From contig OZ316894.1 in NCBI GenBank assembly GCA_973895155.1, forward strand, positions 124,001 to 188,000: DNA of 64,000 nt. Reading direction: 5' to 3'. Position 1 is the stretch's first letter, and every line of letters begins with the position of its first letter. The notes beneath the pieces are model-generated. The model ran no database searches. It was not told the DNA's origin and saw only the letters and a list, made by a program, of their open reading frames with translations. Position numbers and translations under genes: made by a program. Shown here piece by piece: positions 1 through 11,287 of this stretch. The DNA comes from Marsupella aquatica. Taxonomy: Eukaryota; Plantae; Marchantiophyta.

Positions 1-1128
1 TTGTGGTCCTTCCGTGTCAGCTGCTACTGTAGAAGAAACGCCAACTGACTTTGTTGTTGAGATGTTTGACCCAAGTACGGAAAGGCACTTGAGAAAATAG
101 TCACTTGGAATTGTCGACGAGCATGGCTACAACAAATCTTCAAATGAAAAACTGAAACTGCACAAGAGGAAACCTATTACGAGTAAACTGTTATCAGTTG
201 TCTTCGACACATCATGGGCATGGTCTGGATAGTCCTCCTGGGCTAGAAAGCACTTGTAGGACTGACAAACCGGTCTACAAAGTTGTACGCACACTAATGT
301 AGTGTGTAACCAAGATGTAGATATTTCTAAAGGAAAATGTGGCCCAAATGCCAATCCCCTGACTTCTAGAGGTACGTCAGGGAGATCTTATTTTGGTTGT
401 TATGGCTAGCCGTATATTATTCCTTTTGTGATGTGAATTTTTACATTCCTGTAATCTGCCTATTCAGCTTGTCTTTCTTTAGTCTTGGTGTATTTTACGA
501 TGGATGTAATTGTTTCTCCCAAAGAGTTCTCCTTCAGATATCTTGTATGTCTGAAATCTTTTACTTCCATGCCGGCTTTGTAAACTCTTCACCCCCCCGT
601 GGGTCTTGTCATTTCGGAATTTGGGGGCTTCCATACGCTTGAATATTCAGCTCTTAGTGCCGATGGTTTTCTCTTGACCATCAGCATTCGGCCAAAGGGT
701 GTCTTTGCAGTCACAGTAGATACGTGTACAGACTTGAATCGGAGTCAATGCATTTTGGTGCTTGACTATTTAAACATTGTTGATATAGAAAAAGAGAGGA
801 GGTTTGCCACTTGTTACAAGAATCACCACACTTGATGATCAAATGAATGATGCAATGCAAGATGGCAGGATTGCTGGGGATCCTAATATGATCCTGCACT
901 GAGTTTGTGTGACATGAATAGTTCAATGTGGCAATGAAATTGTGATTGTATTCTCATATTGGAATGTTGCAGAACCACAGTCAGAATTTTCAAAGAAACG
1001 AAAGGAGTACGCAACAAGGGTGACCAACACTATCTCTGGGCCTGTGTGTCGGAGTGACAGGTTGAGCAAGAAGGTCGTACCTACAATGGCAGAATGTGGA
1101 GATGAGATGGATCCTGCACAGGTGGGTA

Positions 1129-1154
1129 TTTAGGGTTTAGGGTTTAGGGTTTAG
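1129..1154 (+). repeat. Short interstitial telomeric repeat, (TTTAGGG)3 plus TTTAG
   Basis: Directly visible: tttagggtttagggtttagggtttag. Confidence 0.9.
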
Positions 1155-1343
1155 ACACTAGACAAGAAGATGAAGATGATGAGTATTATCCAGAGGAAAT
1201 GGATGAGGATGGGGGTTATAAAGATGAATACATTGCAGAGCAGCCCAAAAAGAAACAGGTAAATAGTTTTCCCGACAAGGTACTGAGTTAAACTCTATTC
1301 TTTAGAGGTTCATGACTCCTTTACACATATGTACAATGCTTAG

Positions 1344-4300
1344 TGTCGCGTCCCTAACCTGGGCCTTAAATCCAGTTTAGTGCCATGGCGCGACCTCGAC
1401 CACCAGTAGGGGTGAGGGTTCGGGCAAGGAGGTGTGTAGTGACCCCGATTAGCCCTCAGTCGGTCTAAGTCGGTATACTTACTGGTATAATACTTAAGCA
1501 ATTTGTACTAGTCATAGGTATCTTTTCTTTTCCACCGCTGGAATCTTCCCTCAGTTAGTGACTCGGACTAACTCCCGGCTTGGGGCTTTTCAAGCCATCG
1601 ACGCGACAGGACCTTGTGACATACAATGGGTGGCAATCCCTACCATTAGTCCGCACCCAGTACGTCCCTTAAAATGGCGCCTTTGCCCAGACAAAGCATA
1701 CACACAACACCAGTTGCTTGCGGAAACATTAGAGGGAAAAGACTATATTTACTCAGCGAAGCATCAGTTTACATGGTTGACTCGACTTCAAAGGGGGTCA
1801 GCAGGCCCAACGGTAGTCGATGCCCAGTCTCTACGAGGCCCCGCCTCGCACTTGCCCAGCAAGCTCGACTCTGGCTCTCACTCCTTGGTGCGCTCTGACC
1901 CTGCTCAGGCCGGGACTCCCCGTGCCTCACCTTTCTTCTCTTGAGATAACTAAGTCTTCTCCCCCCTCCATAGCGGAAGGGGAAGCCTAAATACTACAGT
2001 TGCGGAAGAGAACCGGAGGATACTACCTTCCGGGATACTACCTACTGACTAACTACCTTCTGACTAACTGGCTGTGCCGCACTAACTAGTTGACCGTCGA
2101 CGACAAGGGTGCCGACCGGGATGGCAGCGGCCAAGCCTACTGACAAAAATCCAGTCCGTTGATGGACTCCATCCTACGTTGGCTGATCCTAACTGATCCG
2201 GCCCTAATTCTTCCTACTGCCGCTAATCGGCGCCTAATGACAGCCATTTTGTCGTTACACCTAACCAAAAGATGCTGCTGACTTAACTGCCTCGCGCGGC
2301 GCCTGCTTTCACCCTTCGCTAACCACCCCTTACGTGTGTGCTGTGGTTGGACCAGGGCTGGTCCCCCTGTCGGGGTGAGACCTCAAGCCGCCTTGATCAG
2401 AGGTGGGCCCAGGTTTTCCCCGCTGGAGGACGAGCAGGGTAACGCGGTCCTCCAAGGCCTTGTTGTCCTGCACCGCCTCCTCCGCCTTGTTTGCAGCTTC
2501 ATCGGCCTCGGTCTGGAGCCGCGTTACCTCCAGGTTGAGCTGGTTAATGGAGTCGCGATGGATCTGGTCCTGCGCCAGCAATTTATCCCGTTCGGCGGAG
2601 AGACTAGCCACCTGCTGCGCTGCCTGCAGGAATTGTTTGTTGAGATCAGTCAGGCTGGTAATCCGAGCCGAAGATTCTGAGCGTAATTGAAGCACGGTGT
2701 CGTCCAGCTTCTTGAGATCTGCTTGCGCTCCACTTAACTCCTCGGTTAGTCCGTCCCTCTGTTCGACGGTGCGGACTAACTCCTCGCGGCGGTTAGTGGC
2801 CTCCTCCTCGAGGTGCTCTACCAGCATCTGGAGGCGCCCGATCTCATTCCCCTTCGCCATGAGTTCTTCTTCCAAGCGGCTTACGATCCGTGGTTGGTGC
2901 TCTAACATGAAGAAGGCTGGTTGAAAGTACGTCGAGACTTGTTGTCCGATGTACGTCGCCAGCTCCCCAGACATAGTCTGGCTAAACTTCTGGACCAGGT
3001 CGTAGGCCATGGTCCCCGGGGCTACTTGGTAGTCCTCCATCCTCTCGGGTACCGGTGGTTCCTCGGGCGGGGCAACGAGCTCCTCCGTAGTCAGCGCTGG
3101 GGAGGGGAAGGTTTCTTCAGGTGGTGGAGGGATTGGGGGTGGTTGGACTGCAGGTAGCGGAGGCTCGACGGAAGGGGGCGGCGGAATTTCCACAGGAGGA
3201 GGTGGCGGAGTATTAGTCGGGGCTTCCGGCTCGGGGTTTGCCCGAGGGACGGTAGTCCGCGTGCTCGGGGTTGCCTCCTCTGGGGCGGGGGTGACATTAG
3301 TCGGGGCTGAGGTGGCCATATTCTTTCCTCTGGCCTCCCGCGCGCCGTGCTTTGTACCAGGCGAGGATAATGGCGATATGACTTCCCAAGTAAGTCTTCC
3401 CCCCAATAGCCATACCACCCTGAGCCCGCTTCAACTCCCCCGAGAATCTTCGGTAGAAGAATTGGGCCCAGTTCCGCCGTTTGTACTGTTCCACCTGCAC
3501 AATCGTGTAGAGGGAAATCTCGGATCGTGGCTCAATCATGTGTAGGGTAGTCCGTATGAAGTTAAGCCGCTCCATGCAGCTTAAGTTGGTGCACAACCCC
3601 TGCTTGTATCCGTTGTCCGTCTTACCCTCGGGTTTGAAGTGCCGCGGTGTATACTCCTTATCCCGAATTCGGAGTTCAACCGGCACCGGCCCGGTTGGTA
3701 GGCAGAAGATTTGCGTTAACCGATGCTCCGTGAGTGATAAGGCCTGCCCCAAAACCTTGGTGGTCGATGCGTCAATGTCAAAATTGGAGATGAACTCACA
3801 AATCTCCTTTGGCCCGGCGGCGCACGGCCTCCATAGCAAGTGAGCGAACTGCTCCAACTGATGCTCCTTGAGATAGTCCGCGTGTTTGAGTTTCTTGATC
3901 GCGATCCAGACTACTTCGGGGACGCGGATTACCTATAATAAGTTGGACTTTGGGTTATCCGGGGGCCGTCGGGTCTGGTTGGCCGGGGGGTTTGCCGGGG
4001 CAGGTGCAGGCGCGGCGTTGGTTTGCGTTGTTGATTTGGGGGCCGTCGTCGTCCTTGGCCGCTTACAAGAACGTTGTTCGAGTTGCGGACTAACTCGCTC
4101 GGAACCCGAAGAACAATCTGTGTTGATCACTGGACGGACTTGGGACTGGTTCGGCGGTACGCCGGTGGTCATCGGCTGAGGCACTGATGGTATCAGGGTA
4201 GCCATATCCCAGTTGAAGGAGTTGGAGCTTTCCCCGAGGAACGTAAGATTACGCGCCGCTTCCTGTTGTCTGCTGATGTCTTCTTGGCACTTTTCGGCTG

Positions 4301-5183
4301 CGATCTGCTGGTCTAGGTACCCCGGAATCTTGTCGAACTCCGCTTGAGTAAGCCGTTGGTTGCCCTTCAGCTTAAAGAACTTCGTTGGGACTTCAAGAAT
4401 CGCCTCTGCTACCGATCTAAGCCCTTCCTCGCTGAGATATAGTTCGGTGATGTAGTCTCGCAGCTCGTTGTAGCTGGAATCCCTGGTGATGGCTGTCTTT
4501 CGCAATTAACCAGCGCTACCTTGGTCACCAGCTTTGCGGCTTTCTCGGGACAAGAGTACCAGTAAGTCTCAGAGAACTTAGCACCTACTTCGCCAAACAA
4601 GGTCCAAAATCCCAAGGCCGTAAGGGTCATACTAACCTCGTATTCCAGTTCATTGAGTCCACGTTCCCACCCGGCTGGTCCCTTTTCTCGTGGAGGCCTC
4701 GCTCGTCCTGACTAAATCTCGCCACATTCCGCTCTTCTTCCTCAATAATCTCCTTGTAAAGGTCGACTTGATTCGATCAGAAAGGCGAGTGGATGGCAAC
4801 GTCCGCAAATTCCAAAAAGGTAGACATGAGCAAATGGCCCGCAGCGCCATCGGCTCCTCTCTTATGGAGGTGCCAGGATGAGCCCGTGCGTGAGAAGGCC
4901 AGGCCGTTTTGGTCATTGATAATGAGCTGAAGTTGGCGCCTCGGTCCAAGCGTGATTCTTCTAACTGATTTTTACTCCGCTGCCGCCACCGTACCTCGGT
5001 CGCGCGTAATAATCCTCTTCCTGAACTCGTAATCATTCAGTCATCTTAACCTACTCCTAATCTATTCATAATGGCAACAGACGGCTATACGTGCTATTCT
5101 ACGCTATGGCTACAGTCCTAATGCCCGTATAAGACCTAATCTACGACCTGGGTTTGGTTAAGTGACACGTTACCCGTATCACA
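1344..5183 (-). repeat. 3' LTR (about 3.84 kb)
   Basis: TGTCGCG...ATCACA, a direct repeat of 11288-15141; abuts the PPT. Confidence 0.93.
2330..4630 (-). pseudogene. LTR-encoded accessory protein (Athila ORF / plant transposon protein-like domain, Pro-rich linker, coiled coil), frameshifted
   Basis: Consecutive minus-strand ORFs 4409-4630, 3933-4505, 3297-3857 and 2330-3418. Motif EICEFISNFD...VLGQALSLTE...IFCLP recurs in homologues at 57785-58102 and 59148-60227. Confidence 0.65.
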
Positions 5184-5199
5184 TAGCTCCCCACTCAAG
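5184..5199 (-). promoter_or_regulatory. Polypurine tract
   Basis: Minus strand CTTGAGTGGGGAGCTA immediately precedes the 3' LTR start TGTGA. Confidence 0.8.
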
Positions 5200-8100
5200 T
5201 GTGAAGCGTCCTCGCGAACATCATCACGCTCGTTGTCCTGGTGGAAGTACCTCTTCACACGATCATAACTAACTCGATTGGGAAAGGGGTCGCCGGCGTA
5301 CGTTGATAGCTGTAAGGATCCGTTCGGGTACATTTGCTGGACAACGAAAGGTCCTAGCCAGCGTGTGTGTAACATTCTTGGAAAGTACATGTACCTACTA
5401 TCGTACAGAAGGACAAGATCTCCCGTAGTGATGTCCACCTGGCGCAGTCCCTTGTCGTACTATTTCTTCGTTGCTTCTTGCTTGGCAGTTGCGCGTCGCG
5501 ATGCCCACAATCTCTGTTCTTCTAGACTGTCGATCTTATATGCTCGATCGGACGAACTAGCGGCCTCCGGTAGTCTGTGGCGGATGCGTACCCGCGGGGT
5601 CTCGATCTCGAACTCGACGGGTACTAGCGCATGTTGTCCGAATACCAAGAAATACGGACTATGGTTTGTAGTAGTCTTAAATGCCAAGTTGTACGAATAG
5701 ACCGCCGCGAAAAGCTTGTCGTCCCAGTCTGTTTTGTGGGCTGCCACCATTTTGTTGAGGATTTTCCCTACAATGCCATTAGCCCGCTCTGCTAGTCCAT
5801 TACATTTGGGATGATAAGGAGTAGTCTTCCTGTGCTTGACGAGGTAACGGTCAATCAGTTTTTCCACCGTTTCGTTCAAAAAATGAGTCCCGTGGTCGCT
5901 GACTAATTCCAAGGGAGGTCCAAAATGGGTGAAGATCTGTTCGTATAGGAACCTGGCGGTGGTGGCCGCGTCATCCTTGACTGTTGCCCGGGCCTCGACC
6001 CATTTAGTCGAGTAGTCGATAGCAAGAAGGATGTACCGGCAACGCCGTCCTTGGGTTACAGGAGTGAATGGTTCGATATAATCGATGCCCCATTTCTCAA
6101 ACGGGGCAAGGGGAAAGATCGGGGTAAGAGGATGATTACCCGACCTACGAGGTTTGCCTGCGCGCTGACACAAGTCGCAACCTCGGATAAAATGGGCTAC
6201 GTCGTGATGAAGCGTAGGCCACCAATAACCTGCGTCCAAGATTTTGTGAGCCGTGGTGACCGGGGCGAAGTGTCCTCCTGCCTCCTCCTCGTGCATAGCT
6301 CGCATGACAATGATCGTCTCGTTATAATCTAGGCATCTGCGGATCTTCCCATCGACGCCTTCCTTATGCAGATGTCCGCGTATCATCATGTATGGTGCGG
6401 CCTTGCGCAGAAAGACCGACGCGGCCTCTTGGTTTATGTTACTTGGAATGCGGGCCGTTAAGAGGAAGGTGATTAGGTCCCCGTACCACGTTGGTTGGTC
6501 CGTTTCTACGCGGAATAATTCTTCATCAGGGAATGCATCATCGACAGGTGCGTCGTCCGATTCCCCTTCAATCCTTGAGAAGAAGTCCGCATTTACGTGA
6601 GCTTTCCCTGGTCGCACCCTGACTTCGTAGTCAAATTAGGGTTTAGGGTTTAGGGTTTAGGGTTTAGGGTTTAGCAGCACGACCCAACGGGCTATTCTCC
6701 CCGTCAAGTCTGCTTTGTTTACCATGTACTTCAGGCTGTCATGGTCAGTATGGAATACTACCTTATATCCCAATAGATAATGGCAAAAATTTTTACACGA
6801 GTAGATAATTCCCAAGGCCTCGCGATCGATGGGCGAATAGTTTTTCTCTGCGGCAAACAGTTGTCGGCTCGCAAAGTAAATGGGGTGGTCACGTTTTTTC
6901 GTTGTCCAGTTGGCTTAGGACTGAGCCGATGCAAAACCCAGACACGTCAACATACACATGGAACTCCTTGTTCCAATCGGGGGTAGTCAAAATCGGAGCC
7001 ATAGTTAGCTGTTTTTTTAGTTCGTCAAAGGCTGATTTTCGACGGGGAGTCATTTCTATGACCGCGTCTTGCTTCATCATTTCTGTGAGGGGTAGGGCTA
7101 TCTTAGCAAAATCCTGAATGAATCGTCGGTAGTACCCTACGCAGCCTAAGAAGGATCGCACCGCCTTCTGGTCCGTTGGGTAAGGGACATTCATCCACGT
7201 GGCCACCTTCTCTTGGTCCACCTCGATCCCCCGTTTGGATACCCGGTGTCCTAGTAGCACTCCTTCCGTCACCCCGAAGAAGCATTTGCCTGGGTGTAAT
7301 TTCAACCCTACTTCTCGGCACCGCTCCAAAGTCCGCCTCAGGTGTTCTGGGTGTTGGGCAATTGTTCCGAAGATGGCAAAATCGTCTATGAACACCTCCA
7401 AAAATTCTCGTAAGAAGTCATGAAAAATATTCATAATGATTCGCTGGAACATAGTCGGGGCATTGCATAAGCCAAAGGGCATCCGCCTGAATGCGTAGGT
7501 TCCCCACTCCGTTATGAACGTGGTTTTGAGCTGGTCCGATAGTCTGATCCAAATTTGATTATAACCCGAATATCCATCTAGGAACGTGTACACCTCATTT
7601 CGGGCTACCATGTCAAGGACCATATCCGTGTAAGGAAGCGGGTAATGGTCTTTCCGAGTAGCGTCGTTGAGCTTCCGATAGTCTTGGCATATTTGAATTT
7701 TGGGTTTACCATCAGGCCCTACCTTCTTAGGAACCACCACAATGGGGGACACCCATTTGCTAGATAAGACGGGGTAGATTATGTTCGCCACGATCAGTTG
7801 ATCTAACTCCTCCTTTACCAAGATGGAATGTCTTGGGTTTAGTCTTTGTTGTCTCTCTCGGACGGCATGAGCACCCAAGTTTAGATCAATGACGTGTTCG
7901 CCGTAGGCCGGTGAAATCCCGGTTAAGTCTCGATGACTCCATGCGAAGACGTCCTCATATTCCGATAGGAGTTCTTGGATGGCCTTTTCCTCTGGCGCTC
8001 GTAGGCCATAACCGACGTTGAATGTTCTCTCCCTCTTTGTGGTGTATTTGCTATAGTGCTCCTTGCGGATTACATCCACATGGTCTTTGGTGGCCCGATC

Positions 8101-9620
8101 AAGATGAGCCTCCAATTCCTCTAGTCTGGTGCCATCGTAGGCCACAGGTTTCCAGACTGTCGGCTGCTCCTTTGGGAGCTCCTTGGATTCCTCTATTACA
8201 GACGGAACGTCGGGGCTCCATGTAACTTTCTTTTTTGCGGGAGGAGTGGCGGTCTGAGTAGCGTTTTCCTCGGGTATACCTGGCAAGGTAAGCCGGCCAA
8301 ATGCCTTCGTAGGGCTCACTATTCCGGGGAATTCTTCGCCCGTTGCCGCATCATCTCTTACTGGCCTCCCTGGTGTTTCGATTTGGGCCGCCGGTCTGGG
8401 CTGGTTCAGAATATGGGCTTCTCGGACTGCACTTACCCCAAAGACTTCCTCTTCATCCAGCCGAGAGATTAACTCCACCATATTTACCTCTTCTTCTGAG
8501 ATTTCCTCCTCCGAGTCATATTCTTCGGGTCCCTGGGGCGTTTCACCCTGATAGTCTTCTTCCTTCCATGACACCGTCGTAGTCGGGTTACAGAATTGTA
8601 ATTCCTTCCTTCCCCAGTCGGTAACGACTCGGGCATCGTATAGCAGGGTCTGCCCAGCAGTACTGGATAAGAAGAGGGTCGGACTGGTCGCATCACCAGG
8701 TAATTTAGAAAAAACTCGAGGCCTCCAATCCACGTGGATATCTTGGTTAACGTCCCCAGTGGCATGATCCTGGCGCCGTTTGCTAACCAAATGACGCGCG
8801 TCGTGGGTTGATAAGACGTATATCCCAACCTTACGGAAGTGTCCTCCATCATGATGTTTACACCGGACCCGCCGTCTACCGGTACAAACCGAACAGTACA
8901 GCCCGCTATCTCGATAGAGACTTCCGGCGCTCCTAAGTCCTGGTAAATCATCATACAGTCGGCTAAGGTGCTTACCCGAGGTAGCCGTCGCCTCCTCTTC
9001 CCTATCAGCATCTCCTTGAGTTGTTGCCGATACTTCGGGTTATCCTGCAATAGTTGTCCGACGGTGGCCGTGGCTGCACAATTCTGAACATCCTTTTTGA
9101 TGTCGTATTGGTTAGACGGTGGGGTCGCAGATTTTAAAGCTTCTGCTCCCTTGACTTCAGCTTGCAAGGCAGTCTCAGCTTCCTCGGCTTCTTCGGCTGC
9201 CTTAGCATCGGCAATATCCTTCTTAATGGCTTTTTCGTGCTCTTGGGCCTCGTAGGCTTCCAATTGCTTTTTGACCAGTTCCTCTACTCGCGGGTAGAAT
9301 AACTTCGGGTTATCCCGCTGGTAGTCTTCCTGCTCGTCTGGTTCCATCGGACTATTCTTATCCGCGACCGCCTCTTTCTGCTTGGCATCCTTCCAAGCTT
9401 GTTCTTTGTACTTGTCCTTCTTGCGGGATGACCGGGTAGAAACGCGGTAGCACTCGTCGTCCACATGCGTTCCTGTTTGCTCGACTGCTTCTATGAGGTC
9501 GATCCACTCGGTGGAGTCGTCCTGCCATTCCATTGTTACCATTTGTACTACTGCATCCGTAATTGGTGGGGCCGCAGGTTGAGCAGCTCTGACGGCGCCG
9601 GTCTTCGCGGCTAGCACCAA
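5187..9620 (-). pseudogene. pol: pol: aspartic protease, reverse transcriptase, RNase H, integrase (disrupted)
   Basis: Protease VPVDGGSGVN. RT motifs QDYRKLN, LDGYSGYNQI, MPFGLCNAP, FIDD. RNase H region YVDVSGFCIG. Integrase zinc finger H..H..CDLC, core motifs WGID, SDHG, NGLAER, and C-terminal WLGPF. Confidence 0.95.
6636..6674 (+). repeat. Interstitial telomeric repeat (about 5.5 x TTTAGGG) inserted in pol
   Basis: Interrupts the conserved RNase H end WVLL(QE)FDYEV. Confidence 0.92.
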
Positions 9621-11204
9621 GGGGCAGTTTGACGTGGAATGTGCTTCGGTTCGACAGACCTAGCACAATGGAAGCGCTCTCCCATCCCCTTGCTTCCTTT
9701 GCTCTATGCACTCTCGGGCAAAGTGACCAGGTTTCTCGCAATTATAGCAAACCGGGGTCCGCCAAACTCCGGGTTTAGGTGGGATACTTGGATTGCTGAC
9801 CATCTGGGGGCCACGCCCATTCACCGGATACGGATAAGGGGTATGGAACCCTGGATTGTGGCTGCTTAGGGTGCGAGGTCCCGTCATACTCATCTGGAAC
9901 ACCGCCTCACCTGGATCCTCGAAGAAGTACTCCATCGTGCATCCCTCTGGCTCGGACTGTCCGGGCTCCAACTCTATCTGGTGCACACGAGTGTTCCATC
10001 TTGGACATTCTTGCACCACATGTCCCGACTGATAACACTTGGAGCACCAAGCATGCGCTCGGATTTCCGGTGGTTTCTTCTTGTCAGGAGGTTTTTCCGC
10101 CAAGTGCACCGATAGTGCCTTCAGCCGGTCTGTGATTTCGTTCAGCTTTTCTACCTCAACGGCCTTTGGGTCCGCGGTGATGACCTTGGCTCGCGGTTTA
10201 TGTTTACCCGTATCTGACCGTGATCCCTTCTTTCTTCGGTGGTTACGAGACTCTGACTCGGTCTCGCTGGAGGATGAGCCAGTTGACGTCGGGCTACTGG
10301 ACAGGGAATCACTAGACTCTGAATCAGAGTCTGACGAAGAGCTTGTCCGGCCCTCCTTCTTATGTCGTCATTTCTTCTTCCTTTTCTTCTTGTCGTACTC
10401 AGAGTCGGAGTCGCTGAAGGTATGATACCTCCTGCTCTTCTTATGCTTGGTCCTCCTATTAAGCTGAGAGGCGTAGTGCGATTCCCTGAAGGATTCGGCA
10501 CTATCAATTGCTTGTTGTAGAGTGGTGGTCTTCTTTTCTAGCACTGAGAACGCCATCCTCTGGGGTAGCGCGTTGACGAACCATTTCCTCAGCAGAGAGT
10601 CATCTGGCTTAGGCCGAATCTTGGCGGCAACCTTCTGGAATCGCTGCAGAAATTTGCAAAGTGAGTCATGCTTACCCATCTGCATTCGTCCAATTTTTGA
10701 CAGGGCCCGAGACTTGATCCCCACGGGCCTAAATTCTTGCAAGAACGCTGTCTGGAACTGGCCCCATGTGAAACCAAGGGGTTGTAAGTTATACCACGGG
10801 CGCGCTTCTCCTCGTAGCACGCCTGGAAGAATGGTTAGCTTAATGGCTTACTCGCCATTCGCCTTGGCCGTGGCCTCGAACTCAGCTATCCATTCGTCGG
10901 GGTCGTCCGCGGGTCGTCCCTTAAAGGGTCGATAGTGAAACCGGGATCGCTGCGACACGTTCTGAGCCGCAGGGGCCGCAACGCACCTGGTACCTGCGGG
11001 GCTGGTGGAACCGGTGGAGTTCCTCCCGCCGTTGGTGCTTGGGTTCCCATCACAACACGCAATCCTGCTTGGGAAGCCGAGCTCTCCGCTCCGCCGGATG
11101 CGGTATTCTCTTCCAAACTTGATGCTCCGTCCGGTTGTTGTAAATACGCAGAACGTGATCGGGTAAGGGGCATGCCCCTTCCTACACGTTGAGTACAAAA
11201 TCAA
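9621..11204 (-). pseudogene. gag: gag: capsid-like domain plus three CCHC knuckles, in frame with pol
   Basis: PFKGRPADDPDEWIAEFE...LRGEARPWY. Knuckles CSKCYQSGHVVQEC, CYNCEKPGHFAREC and C*VCRTEAHSTSNC. Confidence 0.88.
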
Positions 11205-11252
11205 AGGTTACGAGCTCACTACACGGCTCCACTCGTAAGGCAAAATGAGTGC

Positions 11253-11270
11253 CCCCTCCATCTAGCGCCA
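11253..11270 (-). promoter_or_regulatory. Primer binding site, probably tRNA-Asn
   Basis: Minus strand TGGCGCTAGATGGAGGGG resembles the complement of the plant tRNA-Asn 3' end (recalled, not searched). It lies 17 nt from the LTR. Confidence 0.6.
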
Positions 11271-11287
11271 AAAAACCGGTCGCCGTA

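Noticed and set aside
1558-1944. 128-aa ORF repeated at 11502-11888
   Set aside because: Conserved only because it lies in the duplicated LTR; no recognisable domain.
1129-6674. True chromosome end or fusion site
   Set aside because: The tracts are under 40 bp, and for 6636-6674 the flanks are collinear parts of one pol gene.
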